Shown piece by piece: positions 1 through 13,181 of a stretch of 64,000 nt of DNA. The notes under the pieces are model-generated. The model made no database searches and had not been told where the DNA came from. It saw only the letters and a list, made by a program, of their open reading frames with translations. The translations under genes and the position numbers were made by a program. Source of the stretch: Paraspadella gotoi (taxonomy: Eukaryota > Animalia > Chaetognatha); assembly GCA_051294375.1 (NCBI GenBank), contig CM119263.1, positions 19,082,625 to 19,146,624 of the forward strand. Direction: 5' to 3'. Numbering within the stretch: the first letter of the stretch is position 1; each line of letters starts with the position of its first letter.

Positions 1-352
1 GCGCATTCGCTTGATCATAAACAGCCGCTCATTGTTCTGGCGAACGAACAATAATTGAATGAGCGGCGGGGAACAAAATACGGAAGCGAAATCGCGGGAG
101 TAAAATCCCGCGTCGGGGGCCTGAGTCGCTGCCGCTTGGATTTTCGAAACTTTTTAATGATTCGATTGGAAGCGAAAACTGGTTTTCCTTCGTTTCGCAC
201 CTCCCACATCATCCCAACCACCATCGCTCTTCCCCCATCATCCAACCAACCATCCTCTTCCCCCATGCATCCAAAACCACCGACCCCCTCCCCCATCAAT
301 CCCAACATCCATCCTTCCACTATCCCCACTCCTCTTCCCGCACTCCCCCATG

Positions 353-491
353 TCAAGCACGGTGTTGCGTAGGCTGGTGTGTCTTCTCTATCTTCGCTTC
401 CGGGTAGAGGGCCTTCTTCTCTTCATCTCGGGTGTCGAGAGCTTCTTCGGCCAACCGCCTTCCGTGTGAAAGCATCCAAGTCGTCTTCATA
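353..491 (-). CDS. Possible terminal exon of an unidentified minus-strand gene
   Basis: The acceptor ...cattgtttcag| is followed by an open frame (x)MKTTWMLSHGRRLAEEALDTRDEEKKALYPEAKIEKTHQPTQHRA*. No recognisable homology and no upstream exons located. Confidence 0.25.
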
Positions 492-2330
492 CTGAAACAA
501 TGAAGATATTAGTGAGTCAAGACGAGTATGAGGTATGTTCAGCGCGCTGCGCGTGATGTACGCCGTCCGCGCGCGCATTGTCGTTTAAAACCTGCGTGAA
601 CGGAGTGTTTGATTCTCGCCTCAGCCTCCGACTGGGTCGGGATGTTCGACGTCTCCGCTTCGCTCCTCCACGAGACTCCGCGAGTTTTCTCTGTCGGGGA
701 GGAAGCACAGGACTGTAGATCACGCGACGACGACAATAACGACGACGAGGAGTTGGAAAAGGCGCTCAATTAAGCGAACTCAGAACACGCGGTGCTTATA
801 ATTAAAACAGAGCACGACGTGGACACGAAACTAAGTCGATTACGAGCTAGAAAAAGAGCACCCCCCGAAGAAAATATTTTACAGACGATTTCGTGACTGA
901 ACCGGCGACAACTGGACGATTGACAACGAATCGACCTTGACGATAACTGAGAATTCAAAATTACGGAACATCCAAATGGATCGGGAATTGCATGAAGGTG
1001 AAGACTCAGGGTCGCCACTGCACAATGTACGACGACACCGACGATTTGAAACGACGACAGAAACGACGTCCAAAAGGACGACAGTCCGCCGACGATATAA
1101 ATTTCGATCAGGACCTTTTTTTGGGGGGAAAGGACTAAGTCATTAACTGCAAGATAATCGCGCGCCGCTCGGCTCAGGAGTAATCGCTTTCTCTCGCAAA
1201 GAAATCGGAGCGAAGATCCGATGAGAAGGAAATCGCTTTTTTTTGGGCGACGGGATGCCGCCGCCGATGCCGCGGCGCCGGCAGCCGACGCGCCGCACTC
1301 CGCCGACCAGCCGACGCCGCGACGCCTAAAAGACTCTTTCATTAAGGCCGCTGACGATAAAGTGCTTCTCTTAACTCGAGTTGTTCAGTAGTGATGTTTG
1401 TTAGTCATAGCACAGAAAAAAAATTCGTTTACAGTTAAACTGACTGCTAGGACATGTATGTACACTTGTATTAATAGTAACTGCATATAATGTTAATCCG
1501 ACAAGCATGTTTAATAAGATCATTTACGCGTCTCCCAACGCATTACCAGCGGGGTAACAAAAAACAAAAAAAAACCGCGCGTCACACGAACGCGTCAAGA
1601 ATCAAAAGGAGAAATTCTAAAAAGCGATCGCGTTTAACGAAAACTGGGAATAATGGAAAGTCCCACAAGCGCAAACGCTGAATTCCCGGGGCGAAGAACT
1701 TGATTGGGATTCGAGTCTTTTTTCTCGCTCTCTCTCTCTCTCTCTTCTCTCTCTCCCCCACCCCTCTCCTCTCCCTCTCTTCTCTTCTCTTTCTCCTCTC
1801 TCTCTCTCCTCNNNNNNNNNNNNNNNNNNNNNNNNNTTTTTTTTTCTTTCGTTTCTGTTTCCGCGTGACACGCGGAGGTGAGTGAGGTGATCATCATCGG
1901 TGGGCGTGAAGGGTGTGAAGGGGAGTGGCGGCGACGGCGTCGGTGAGGAAGGGGGCAGATGTGTTGGAGGTTGTGAGTAGATTGATCGGAGCCTTCGTGG
2001 TCCGGAGTGACTGCGGGGAGGGTCAAAGGCGAGCCCCTCGTAACGAGATTACGGCTCTCCGCTTTTCCGACGGCGCCGCTGCTACAGTCACCGTCACCGC
2101 TACCGCCGCCGCCGCAGCCGCCGCCAAAAGTGCTTAATGGAAAGTCGTAGAGCGGCAGCTACGAGGGCGGCAGTCGAAGGTTTGCCTGCTGCAAAAGCGG
2201 GGGAGGGAGAGCAAAGGCGGGTGGACGCGGAGAAAATTTCGTCTGCGGCGCGTTTTTTTTTTAGATAATTCTCTGCATGATATCTCGTCTCCTCCTTCGT
2301 CTCTCTCTCTCGGCTGTCTCTCACTCTCAC

Positions 2331-2379
<49 letters not shown>

Positions 2380-2439
2380 CTCTTATCTCTCTCTCTCTCG
2401 TTCCTCTCTCTCACTCTCTCTTCTCTCTCTCTCTCTCTC

Positions 2440-3165
2440 TCTCTCATTCTCCCTCAACACCTGACGGGCCTCCGTTCCACTTTGCTGGCAGCCATCTCTC
2501 ATCTGCTCTCTCTCTCCGCTCAGCACTGACGGCTCCGCTTTCCACTTTTGCTCGGCATGCATCTCTCTCTTTCTCTCTCTCTCTCTCTCTCGCTCTCTCT
2601 CTCTTACCTCACACTTTGACGGCCTCGCGTTCACTTTGCTCGGCAGCCATCTCTCTCTTCTCTCTCTTCTTCACCTGTTTAGCTCTCTCTGCTCTCGTCT
2701 CTCCCCTCAGCACTGAGGCGCTCCGTTTCCCACTTTGGCTCGGAGCCATCTCTCTCTCTCCCTCTCTCTCTCTTCTCTCGCACTCATCTCTCTCCCTCCA
2801 ACACCTGACGGCCTCCGTTTCCTTTGCTCGGCAGCCATCTCGCCCTGTAAGCACGGATCCGCAGTGAGAGACGCTGACGGGCGTCGTCTCCACGGGAGCC
2901 CGGGCGACTTGCGAATGTCCAGTAAGGCGAACTGCCCGTATTGTGCAGCCCGCCTTGTTTTTCCGGGATGGCGAAGGATATAAACGGGGCATGTTATTTT
3001 GAGTTGTATAAATGTATAGTAAATATATTTATAATTGCGAGTCAGTTCACCGATGAGCCACGTGGTTTTCCTTCGTGTTGTATTCAAGTTTTGAATGAAG
3101 GTGGGCGCCTTCGAAGTACTAGCTTCGGGATGGATTTGGGTTTTGTCCACAGTGCCAAACGTAAG
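2440..3165 (-). repeat. Inverted, indel-rich duplicate of ~3952-5030 (two DNAI2-like exons plus the exon-donor minisatellite)
   Basis: The reverse complement of 2840-3165 matches 3952-4260 (e.g. cttacgtttggcac...gtggacaaa, gggctcccgtggagacgacgccc). It ends at a 25-N gap (3166-3190). Confidence 0.9.
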
Positions 3166-3190
3166 NNNNNNNNNNNNNNNNNNNNNNNNN

Positions 3191-6100
3191 TGGTCGCCCG
3201 GGAGCAAAACTCCCGAGCGTTTCGCCGTCGCCTACTCTTACACGGAATTCCAAAAGGCGCCGAAAACGGCCTCCACAGGTGGAACTCGGTTGATGGGGAG
3301 AGGGTAGATGGTAGAAGGTGGCATTGGCGTCCCGGGGGGGGACCGAGGGGAAGGCGCGCCGAGTGACATTTTGAAGGTAGCGTCTTGGGAGTTGGGATTC
3401 TGAGAAATTAGGNNNNNNNNNNNNNNNNNNNNNNNNNNNNNNNNNNNNNNNNNNNNNNNNNNNNNNNNNNNNNNNNNNNNNNNNNNNNNNNNNNNNNNNN
3501 NNNNNNNNNNNNNNNNNNNNNNNNNNNNNNNNNNNNNNNNNNNNNNNNNNNNNNNNNNNNNNNNNNNNNNNNNNNNAAAAATCTCGAATTCTGTTCCTTG
3601 TTACCTATTATCTATTCAGACCTTTTCGTCATTTTGTTTTTAAGTTGGAATGAATTTTTACTTGTTTGATGTTAGAGAAAAATTTGAGCCATTTTTTTTT
3701 TCTGGTGACAGTTTCTAGTCGTTCCCGCTCTGTCGGACAAAACACTCGCGCGACATTTCCCCCCCCCCTACCGAATTTGCCCCTTGCTCAATAAAAAAAA
3801 ACCCGGTATAGCCTCTTAATTAATAATCTCGAGGTCGTTGCCACTGGATTATTTGAGACCGACGACTCCCTTTCCTTATTTTGCTCTCTGTCTCACTCAC
3901 CCTCTCTCTTTCTTTCTCTCTCTCTCTCTCTCTCTTTCTTTTTCGACAGAGTCTTACGTTTGGCACGTGGACAAACCCATCCATCCCGAAGTCGTCGTCA
4001 AGGCGCCCACCTTCATTCAAAACTTGGAATACAACACGAAGGAAACCACGTGGCTCATCGGTGAACTGACGTCGGCAATTATAAATATATTTACTATACA
4101 TTTATACAACTAAAATAACATCCCCGTTTATATCCTCGCATCCCGGAAAAACAAGGCGGGCTGCACAACGGGCAAGTCGCCTACTGGGACATTCGCAAGT
4201 CGGCCCGGGCTCCCGTGGAGACGACGCCCGGTCAGGCGCTCTCACTGGGGGGATCGCGTGAGCTCAGGCGCGAGGATGCCTAGCCGAGCAGAAGTGGGGA
4301 TACGCACGCGAGGCCGTCACGGTGTTCTGAGGGAGAGAGAGAGAGCCCAGAGAGAGGAGATTGAGAAGGAAGAGAGATGGGCCTGAAACAGCCGCCACCC
4401 GCCCGAGACCAACCAGTTCGGCGACACGGAGTCGCGCCGTCACAGGTGCTCGAACGGGGAAGGAGACGAGCAGAGACCATTGTGTGACGAAGGCGAGAGA
4501 GAGAGACGGAGTAGAGAGTAGAGTTGCGATAGGCGTCTGTCTCGATCCGCCGGACATCAGCCGAGCTAACGAGTAGGAACGGAGGCCGTCAGGTGTGTGG
4601 ACGGAGAGAGAGAGCCTGCGAGAGAGAGGAGAGAGAGAGAGAGAGAGAGATGGCTGCCGAGCAAAGTGGGAACGGAGGCCTCAGGTTGCTGAGGAGGAGA
4701 GAGAGACGAGAGAGAGCAGGCGCGAGCAAGTGGGACGGAGGCCGTCAGGGTGAGGAGGAGAGAGAGAGAGAGACGGAGAAGCCTACAGGCTGGGAAAGAG
4801 GAGAGGGAGAGAGGAGAGAGAGAGAGATGGCTGCGAGCACAAGTGCGGAACGGAGGCCGTCAGGTGTTGAGGAGAGAGAGAGCAGAGAGAGAGAGATGAG
4901 AGAGAGAAGAGAGAGATGGCATGCGAGCAAAGTGGGAACGGGAGGCCGTCAGGTGCTGAGCAGGAGAGAGAGAGGAGAGAGATGGCTCGAGCAAAGTGGA
5001 ACGGAGGCCGTCAGGTGTTGTGAGAGGGAGAGAGAGAGAGCGAGAGAGAGAGAGAGAGGGAAGAGAGAGAGATAGAGAGAGAGAGTCACCTTCGCTTGCG
5101 TTCTGAAAGACGTCATCACTCGTGGGGTCGCTGACGTCGCGGTTGTCGTCATCATCTTCATGACGATAATTCCATTCTTTCAAGAAACGCTCCTCATTGG
5201 CCCCGCCACCAATCGTATTGCAATGGGGATTATCATCGCCAATAAATTAGTTTTTAAGAACAATCATCGCTCTCCTGCCAAATCCGTCCCTCGAAGGTTC
5301 AACCAACGAGCCCGATCTATTTGTTCGGAAAACTTGTCAGTTTCCCGGTCGGTCCCTACAAGAAATCCCTTCCTTCACCGATCATTCTCCCTGACGCGTT
5401 TTTCCTCAGCCGATTAGATTTCGCGCAACGTCGATGTGACGAGCGACGGATAAGATCCGTCGCCGGCGGAGAGGAAGTTTACGTTTATTCCGAGTCATGT
5501 CAGGAAACGACCCTTGATTACCGACCATCGTGGGGTCATGCGGGGCCTTGATGATATGACCCGCCCATGCGGGTTATGGCCAGGTCATTTTGGGGCGAAA
5601 GACAGACAATGCGTTTTTAGGTTTTTGCTTTTGTTCTCCGATTCGTTCTTCTTCTTTTTTTCACGATATCTTTCTTAACAATTCTTCCACAGATTTTCCA
5701 GTTAAATAATCTTTTTGTTGAAACAAAAATGGAACAATTTTTTTTTCTCGATCCCCTCCCTTCCTTTCCCTCCGCGATCAGCTGCTCAACCGACGGTTCC
5801 ATCAAGTGGTGGGATTTTCGAAATCCCAAGAATTACGTAGAGAGGATGTGGGCGGATCCGAGCAAGAAAGACCAAGAGTCGGAATCTCAGGTCGAATTTG
5901 ATTAATACTTACCATCCAGTTTTGCAAGAGTTCCATCCACTGTAGCATGGTTTACTTAGTGGTGGAGTATTAATTTAAATCATTTGCTTTTAAAGAGTGT
6001 GTTTTCTATTCCCCCTTTTTCTTTTCACCCTTTTTTCCCATCAAAGCCATAGCCACCTCTCTTTCCCTCTTCCCCCCCCTTCCCCAAACCCACGCCTCTC

Positions 6101-6722
6101 GTCCCGTCGGCGTCCGTTGGACTCTCGACGCGCGATTCTCAGTGATTTAGAGGAAACGTAAACGGGGATCCATAAACGGGGATCAGAAGCGGAGTCTAAA
6201 CCCTGAAACGAACCCATTAATCTCGGCCCTCGAGAGTTCGAGTCGTCCGGTTTAAGTACTAATCCGGTCGTCGCGCGTCGCTCATCGCCGTTAAAATCCC
6301 GATTACCTGATAAATTATGCAAAAAAATCGGGAGGCGAATGACAGAGAGAGAGAACATGTCACGCCCCCACCTGCTTTAGCCACGCCCTCTCAACGTGGC
6401 GTTTAATCATTCAGCGATTCGTGTTCTCCTTCCGAGTTCGTAAGCGAATGGCACTTCGGTTGACGGAAACGATTCCTCGATTTCGGTGGAATTCGTCCAA
6501 AATGGCAGAGGGTTTTTCGTCAAGGGAAAAGTGACCAGAGGCTATCCAATGCCAAAAGTCAAATTAGATAGCTTTTTTTTAAAGTTCTTATTGTAGATAT
6601 TATTTAAATTTTAGGGAGTTATCAGTCTGGAGATCGATGTAACGACGGCCGCAAGATGTCTCGCCGGAACCGAACAAGGGAACATATTTAACATAAACAC
6701 TAAAACCGGGAAGACCCCTGGT

Positions 6723-6760
<38 letters not shown>

Positions 6761-6919
6761 CTCAATCGCTTTGCGCTCCACCAGGAGAGCATCTCGTCGG
6801 TCTCTTCCATGGGCATTTCGGTCCCGTCTACAGTCTCGAGCGACATCCTCATAACCCCAAGAATTTTCTCACCGTCGGAGATTGGTGTGCTCGGGTCTTT
6901 TCGGAGGAGGTGTGATAAC

Positions 6920-6953
<34 letters not shown>

Positions 6954-9900
6954 CAAATCATACGTTTTCACATAATCGTACATTCGTTCTTCATGGTCAA
7001 TCATTTCAAGTTTTCTACTTCCCATAGAACCAGTCTTTCCCGGACTCGTCCAAAGGATAGAAGAACAAAGAATCTAAAAAAAAAAGAATAATCACTTCTT
7101 GCATGAAAAGTTGGCATATAAGTGGAGAGAGAGAGAGAGAGAGCCGAGAGAGAGAAGAGAGGAGAGAGAGGAGAGAGAGAGAGGAGAGAGAGAGAGAACA
7201 GAGAAAGGGGATAAAATGTCGTTTCATTAAAGGAGAAAGCACTCATGTGCACAGTTCAAGGACAGGTATACGTCAATATCATGTTGAGAGAAAACTGGAG
7301 AACGAAAACTACAAATACAGAGAGAGAAAGTGAGAGAGAGAAAAAGAGAGAGAGAGAGAGAGAGAGGAGGAGATAGAGCGAGATAGAGAGANNNNNNNNN
7401 NNNNNNNNNNNNNNNNNNNNNNNNNNNNNNNNNNNNNNNNNNNNNNNNNNNNNNNNNNNNNNNNNNNNNNNNNNNNNNNNNNNNNNNNNNNNNNNNNNNN
7501 NNNNNNNNNNNNNNNNNNNNNNNTAATATATTTATCTGTTTTATCGGAATATTAAGAGAAAGAAACCAACCTTAACTCTTGCGACTAAAAATAATGCCCC
7601 CCTCCCAAAACCCAAAAAATGATGAGAGGACCCACTTGTATATTGATTGATTGGCTCCTTGTGACTCGTGAGGTAATCTCGTGACTAGACCCTGAGTGTT
7701 CCGCTGTTGATGATCTCTCGTGAAAAACACGCAGATCGACGTGTGTTGTTCGATAATTTATTGCGCATTTCTATCGTTTCGGATATTTTTCGAGTTTTCA
7801 GTGAATTTTTCACGCCCCACGTTTGTCAGACGAGAATTTTTTTAAGGGAATAAAACTTGAGTTTCATCGATTTTTTGTGGCGTCATCATAATTCAACATT
7901 TTTTTTCGCGAAGAGAAATGAAAAAAAAATTAAACTCGAGAAGCATTAGCGCCACGCGATACGCTAAGTAACTAAGTGACGGTTTATTTATTTCCTTTTT
8001 TTTTGTGCCTAATTTTATTTATCTTTTTGTTATTCATTTTTGTAAAACTGAATGTTAACCTATTTCCTCCCTAATCTTTTGCTCTATTTTTCAGATATGA
8101 TACAAACTTATTACATATCATCATTTTAACTTTATGACAGACCGACTGATTTTTTTTTGTTCTCCCCGATCGGCTGAATAAAACCAGTTGACGAAACTGA
8201 TTTTCGTTTCTCCTTCCAATTTTCCTTTTACCCTCGCGTCATTCGTCAAGACGCAATTAGCGCTGACCCAATATCCCTTCGCCCTTACCCCACGTTCCCC
8301 TCACCCGTTCGCCAGCGTCTTCTACCCACGTCGCATCCCGCCCTATCCTTTTGCTGGGAATAAACGAGAAAAATTAACTTGAAAAAAAAAAGTTGGAAAT
8401 AAAAAAAACGGTTTTTCTCCTTCGGATGGAAATCGATGCGAGCGACGCGAAACCATTGCGCCTTTTTTTTTCCATCTCTTTTCTTCCCTTTATTTTTTAT
8501 TCAAGAGGCTGAGAGACTTATTAATCTTTTTTTTTCTCTTCTCTTCCCTTTCCTATCTCGCTATCTCTCTTTTTTCTCTATCGCTTCTTTCTCTTTTATA
8601 ATGATGAAAAGTAGATATTCTTCCCGCTGTGATGGCTCGGTTGTCATGGTTACTGCGACGTCATGGTTACCCTCGGGGGCTGGGGGGGGGATTACGAGAT
8701 GATGTTCGGCGTAAGAAAGGATACCCGAGTTTTATCCTTTAACAAGAATTCCTTCACTTTTAACGAACGGCGCGAACTCCATAGTTAAATTGAAAAGGCT
8801 ATTCCATCCTTGGACTCTTTTTAAGGCCGTTAACTGGGAAAACGATTCTGTTTCAACTCCTAATTAGCAGTTTAAAGTTGTTTAAATTGAAAAAAAAAAC
8901 CCCGCTCTTTTCATTCCTCGTTTTAAAAAGATATTTGCTGGTTGTTTTTTTGTTTTTTTGTTTTTTTTTTTTCTGGGGGGAAAAGATGAAAGTTTTTTCG
9001 AAAGACTCTCACGATTCAGCACCATAAATTTTCATGATGCCGTCGTCGACGTTGGCCAATCTAATCTCTCCCCTTCTTCCCCCCGGCCCAACCCTTTCCT
9101 CACCAAATAAGGGCGTGGAACCAGCCTCTGTTCGTGGTTCGACCTCACGACCACGGGCGCCACATCATCGTCGGCACCAAGGGCGGGAAGTGCACGCTGC
9201 TCTCTCTCTCCGATTCGCTCAGCAAACCCATCGGTAGCCAAACTTACCTTAATCATCTCTCCGAGTGACCGAAATTTCGCCCTTTCGTTGATACCGACAG
9301 AATAAACGAACGCATTTTACGTCTTTACGTCCGATTATCATCAGTCGTTAATCAGATTTTAATCATTTCGCAATCGTATCTAATTTCCTTCCTCCCTTTA
9401 TTCTTCATCGTCCAATGATTTAACGCTCCCCGATCTTCTGCCCCCCTCCCCAACACTCTCCTCACCCAAAGACAACGAGCGGAAACAGTTCGCCGACATG
9501 TTGCAGCGGGAGAAGGATCGGGAGACGATGATGGAGAAGGCGGAGGGGTTGCTGGAGTTGGCGCTGAAGAGGGCGGCGGAGGGGAAGACGGACGAGGGGG
9601 AAGAGGACGAGAAGAAGAAGTGAACGAGAAGAGAGAGAGAGAGGAGAGAGGAGAGAAAGAGAGAGAGAGAGAGGAAGAGATTGNNNNNNNNNNNNNNNNN
9701 NNNNNNNNNNNNNNNNNNNNNNNNNNNNNNNNNNNNNNNNNNNNNNNNNNNNNNNNNNNNNNNNNNNNNNNNNNNNNNNNNNNNNNNNNNNNNNNNNNNN
9801 NNNNNNNNNAGAGAGAGAGAGAGAGAGAGAGAAAGGACGTTGTCAGAAGGAAAAAGAGAGATGTTTTGGGGAAAGAAGAAAAGAGTGAGAGAATTTTTTG

Positions 9901-11340
9901 AATTCATGAAAATTTTTGCATTTTGCCTTATCGCAGTCTTCGCCGTTTTCGTCGTCGTCGTTGTCGTNNNNNNNNNNNNNNNNNNNNNNNNNNNNNNNNN
10001 NNNNNNNNNNNNNNNNNNNNNNNNNNNNNNNNNNNNNNNNNNNNNNNNNNNNNNNNNNNNNNNNNNNNNNNNNNNNNNNNNNNNNNNNNNNNNNNNNNNN
10101 NNNNNNNNNNNNNNNNNNNNNNNNNNNNNNNNNNNNNNNNNNNNNNNNNNNNNNNNNNNNNNNNNNNNNNNNNNNNNNNNNTCTCACACACAGTTCTGGA
10201 AACCGGGCGACGTGTTAAACGAAGGAGCGACGGAGAGATTCGAGGATTCCAAGAAATCCTTCGAAGAAAGATGGGGGAGAGAGGGATTCGCCAAGAAGCT
10301 CGCCATGCGGGTCAAGAAGGACAAGAAGGGAGACGACGAGGACGAGGACGATATGGAGTGAGTGGGGGGGGGAGGGAGTGGGGGAGAGAGCGAGGGGGAG
10401 ATGGAGGAAAAGGAGAGAGAGGAAAGGTTTGACAGAAAGAGGGAATAACCCTGGTTGTCTGGGACATTAAAAGTACAGAGTTTAGTCAAAGGTCGAGAAT
10501 AAGGGATAGGCGTTGGGAAAGTCAAAAAAAAAAGAAGGAATTTTTCTCATTTATTTCGAAAATAAATGAAATGCGCTAGGGATATCTTTTCCCTTTTAGC
10601 CTGTGGGGTTAAGCAAGGGAAGTGGAAGGATATGAAATCTTCGAGAGATCAATCGACTCATTAACATATAAAATATAAAAATAATAATAGTTTTTCGAAC
10701 AATTTTTCGCTCGCTCAACCTTCTCGCCTTATGTTTTCTTTCTTCTTCCTCGCGATCTCCTGTTCCGATCAGCTTCTTGGATGAGGAAGAGGGAGCAGCT
10801 CCTGCCGCTGCTCCTGCAGCAGCTCCGGCTGCCGAGGGAGAGGCGCCGCCCCCGCCACCGCCGGCCGAAGAAGCGCCGCCGGCCGAGGCGCCGGCAGAAG
10901 CTCCGGCAGAAGCTCCGGCAGAAGCGCCCGCCGAGGCGCCGCCGCCTGAAGAGGCGCCGGCCGCCGACGGAAATGCCTCCTACAATCCAGCCGAAAATGA
11001 GAATCGCACCGACGACGCCGAGGACGACACGACCGGATGGGAAACGGACGCCGCCGACACTTCCGCCGACGTCACCAACCTCAACGCCGACTCGACCGAA
11101 GCCGGAGAAGCGCCGGAGGCAGCCGCGTCGGCGGAAGAGGACGAAACAACCGCCGCCGACGACGACGGCGTGGAGACGACGGAAGACGCCGGAGCAGCGA
11201 CGGACGGCGCCGGTGCGGAGACCGACGCCGCCGGGTCAAAGGACGACGCCGACGTCGGGAGATCGGAGATGGAAACGACGGAAGATCGATCGTCTCTCGC
11301 GCCGACGGACGAAGAGGAATCAAGGAGCGACGACACTTGA
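3191..11340 (+). CDS. DNAI2: Axonemal outer-arm dynein intermediate chain 2-like WD40 protein; 5' part missing, spliced
   Basis: Exons: 3191-3278 [24 protein letters not shown]; 3950-4060 [27 protein letters not shown]; 4156-~4320 [14 protein letters not shown].. (noisy end); 5782-5890 [13 protein letters not shown]; 6615-6720 [15 protein letters not shown]; 6785-6909 [32 protein letters not shown]; 9112-9233; 9472-9619 [17 protein letters not shown]; 10194-10357; 10773-11340. These motifs match DNAI2 as recalled ([56 protein letters not shown]). About 55 aa and at least one more exon were not found and probably lie in N gaps. Confidence 0.9.
4268..5025 (+). repeat. Minisatellite: ~8 degenerate copies of GAGATGGCTGCCGAGCAAAGTGGGAACGGAGGCCGTCAGGTG separated by (GA)n
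   Basis: Units are visible at ~4270, 4560, 4648, 4718, 4825, 4914 and 4980. The array is mirrored on the minus strand at 2455-2840. Confidence 0.85.
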
Positions 11341-12310
11341 TTCTCTGCCAACGAAATCTCCATCTTCGCAACAATTATATTAAGATTTATAATAAGTTTT
11401 TAACGATATATAAACGTGCACGTTGTTTAAAGATTGACGGGCTCCGATGATTTGTCATCCTCCTCCTCCTCCTCATTTGCCTCCTCCTATTTTTTTTTCT
11501 CTTCCTCCGTCGACTTCGAACGAGACTGGAGGGAATTTCGCGTCTCGTTATCGATGATCCGAAGAAAAATTATTTTCGGAAATTTTTTTTTTTTTCTCTC
11601 TTTTTTTTTTCTGTTCCGTCTTATTGTTTGGTGAGGATCGGAACTGACGTCGTTGGAGAGTCAGCTAGAGAAAAATCAGCAGTGCGGCAATTTGGAGTTT
11701 TTACGCTTCGTAAATTAGCGGGGAATATAGACATTGAACTTACACCAAAGCGGTTCCGCGTGGAAGCGTGATGGCGTGAAAACGCCGATTAGCAGAGACG
11801 ATCGAACGGACGCGCGATAAAAGCCAAATCCTGTTTCGGACGAGCGCCCTCCGACGGCGACGCGAGTCAACGCCTCTGGACCGAAAGTGGGTTCGTGGCG
11901 GCGTCCGACACGCCGATGATCGGTGGTCGATGGTCGGATTCGTCTCGTTTCTCTTCGCTTCGCTTCTTTTATGGTTGTCGGTTCATTCTTAAGCTTTTTC
12001 ACGCTCACCATTAACTGATAAAGTTCACATCTCGTATTATCTTCTTGTTTCTCTTCTTTCTCTAAATTCGCATCACAGGTCTTCACCTTAATCTGTTTTT
12101 TTTNNNNNNNNNNNNNNNNNNNNNNNNNNNNNNNNNNNNNNNNNNNNNNNNNNNNNNNNNNNNNNNNNNNNNNNNNNNNNNNNNNNNNNNNNNNNNNNNN
12201 NNNNNNNNNNNNNNNNNNNNNNNNNNNNNNNNNNNNNNNNNNNNNNNNNNNNNNNNNNNNNNNNNNNNNNNNNNNNNNNNNNNNNNNNNNNNNNNNNNNN
12301 NNNNNNNNNN

Positions 12311-12345
<35 letters not shown>

Positions 12346-12439
12346 AGAATTTAAAAAAATTCCCTTATGTTATCCTCGCTTTCGGTCTTTGGCGCGAGAA
12401 AAAAAAAGGACACACAAAAAGAAATAAAGAATTTGTAGT

Positions 12440-13105
12440 TGGAGAAAAAAAAAAATAGAAGAAAGAGAAAGTGAGAGAAAGGAGAGAGAAGGAAAAAAGT
12501 CTGCCCGTCAAAGAATGATAAATTGCCCGGTTTTTTGCCATCGTTNNNNNNNNNNNNNNNNNNNNNNNNNNNNNNNNNNNNNNNNNNNNNNNNNNNNNNN
12601 NNNNNNNNNNNNNNNNNNNNNNNNNNNNNNNNNNNNAAAAAAAGGAGGTTTTCGTTGACTAATCATATCCGATTTTCCCATAATCGCCAATCAATAAGAG
12701 GAAGAGTAGGAGAAAAAATGTTTTGGCAAATACTGATAAAGTTAAAGTCTAGTAATGCTACAATTTAGAATAATCAAATGAAATCAAAACTACTGATGGG
12801 TTGGGCTGATTTTGGTTAACATCTGCCAAGAATGTTGTCTCTTTCCCTTCCCTTTCCCTATCCTTCTCCAAACAAGCATTTAGTATGGACAAACAAGCTC
12901 GCCGTGCACTTTTTCCGCTTCTTAGTGCTTACCGTCTTGCAATCATGCCTCTGGCTGGGAGATGGCGACGATGACGTCTTCCAACGATTTCCGACGGCCA
13001 CTGGCATAATTGCTCGATTCATTGCTAAACACCAATTAGAAGCCAATGACCGGCGATGAATTGGAGGCATAAAGGGGATAAAATGAAGGAAAGAAAGTTA
13101 TAAAA

Positions 13106-13181
<76 letters not shown>

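Noticed and set aside
1860-2160. Minus-strand open frame (GGGCGGGGSGDGD..HRRRRRHSP)
   Set aside because: Low complexity, no recognisable domain and no convincing exon chain; cannot be supported.
4268-5025. Repeat-spacer pattern resembling a CRISPR array
   Set aside because: The spacers are plain GA tracts, the repeat is a eukaryotic exon end, and no cas genes are present.
7620-7760. TGATGA/CTGA motifs suggestive of a C/D snoRNA
   Set aside because: No terminal stem or recognisable guide sequence; the motifs are too short to be significant.
10781-11450. Overlapping Arg-rich ORFs on both strands
   Set aside because: They are shadow frames of the GC-rich terminal DNAI2-like exon.
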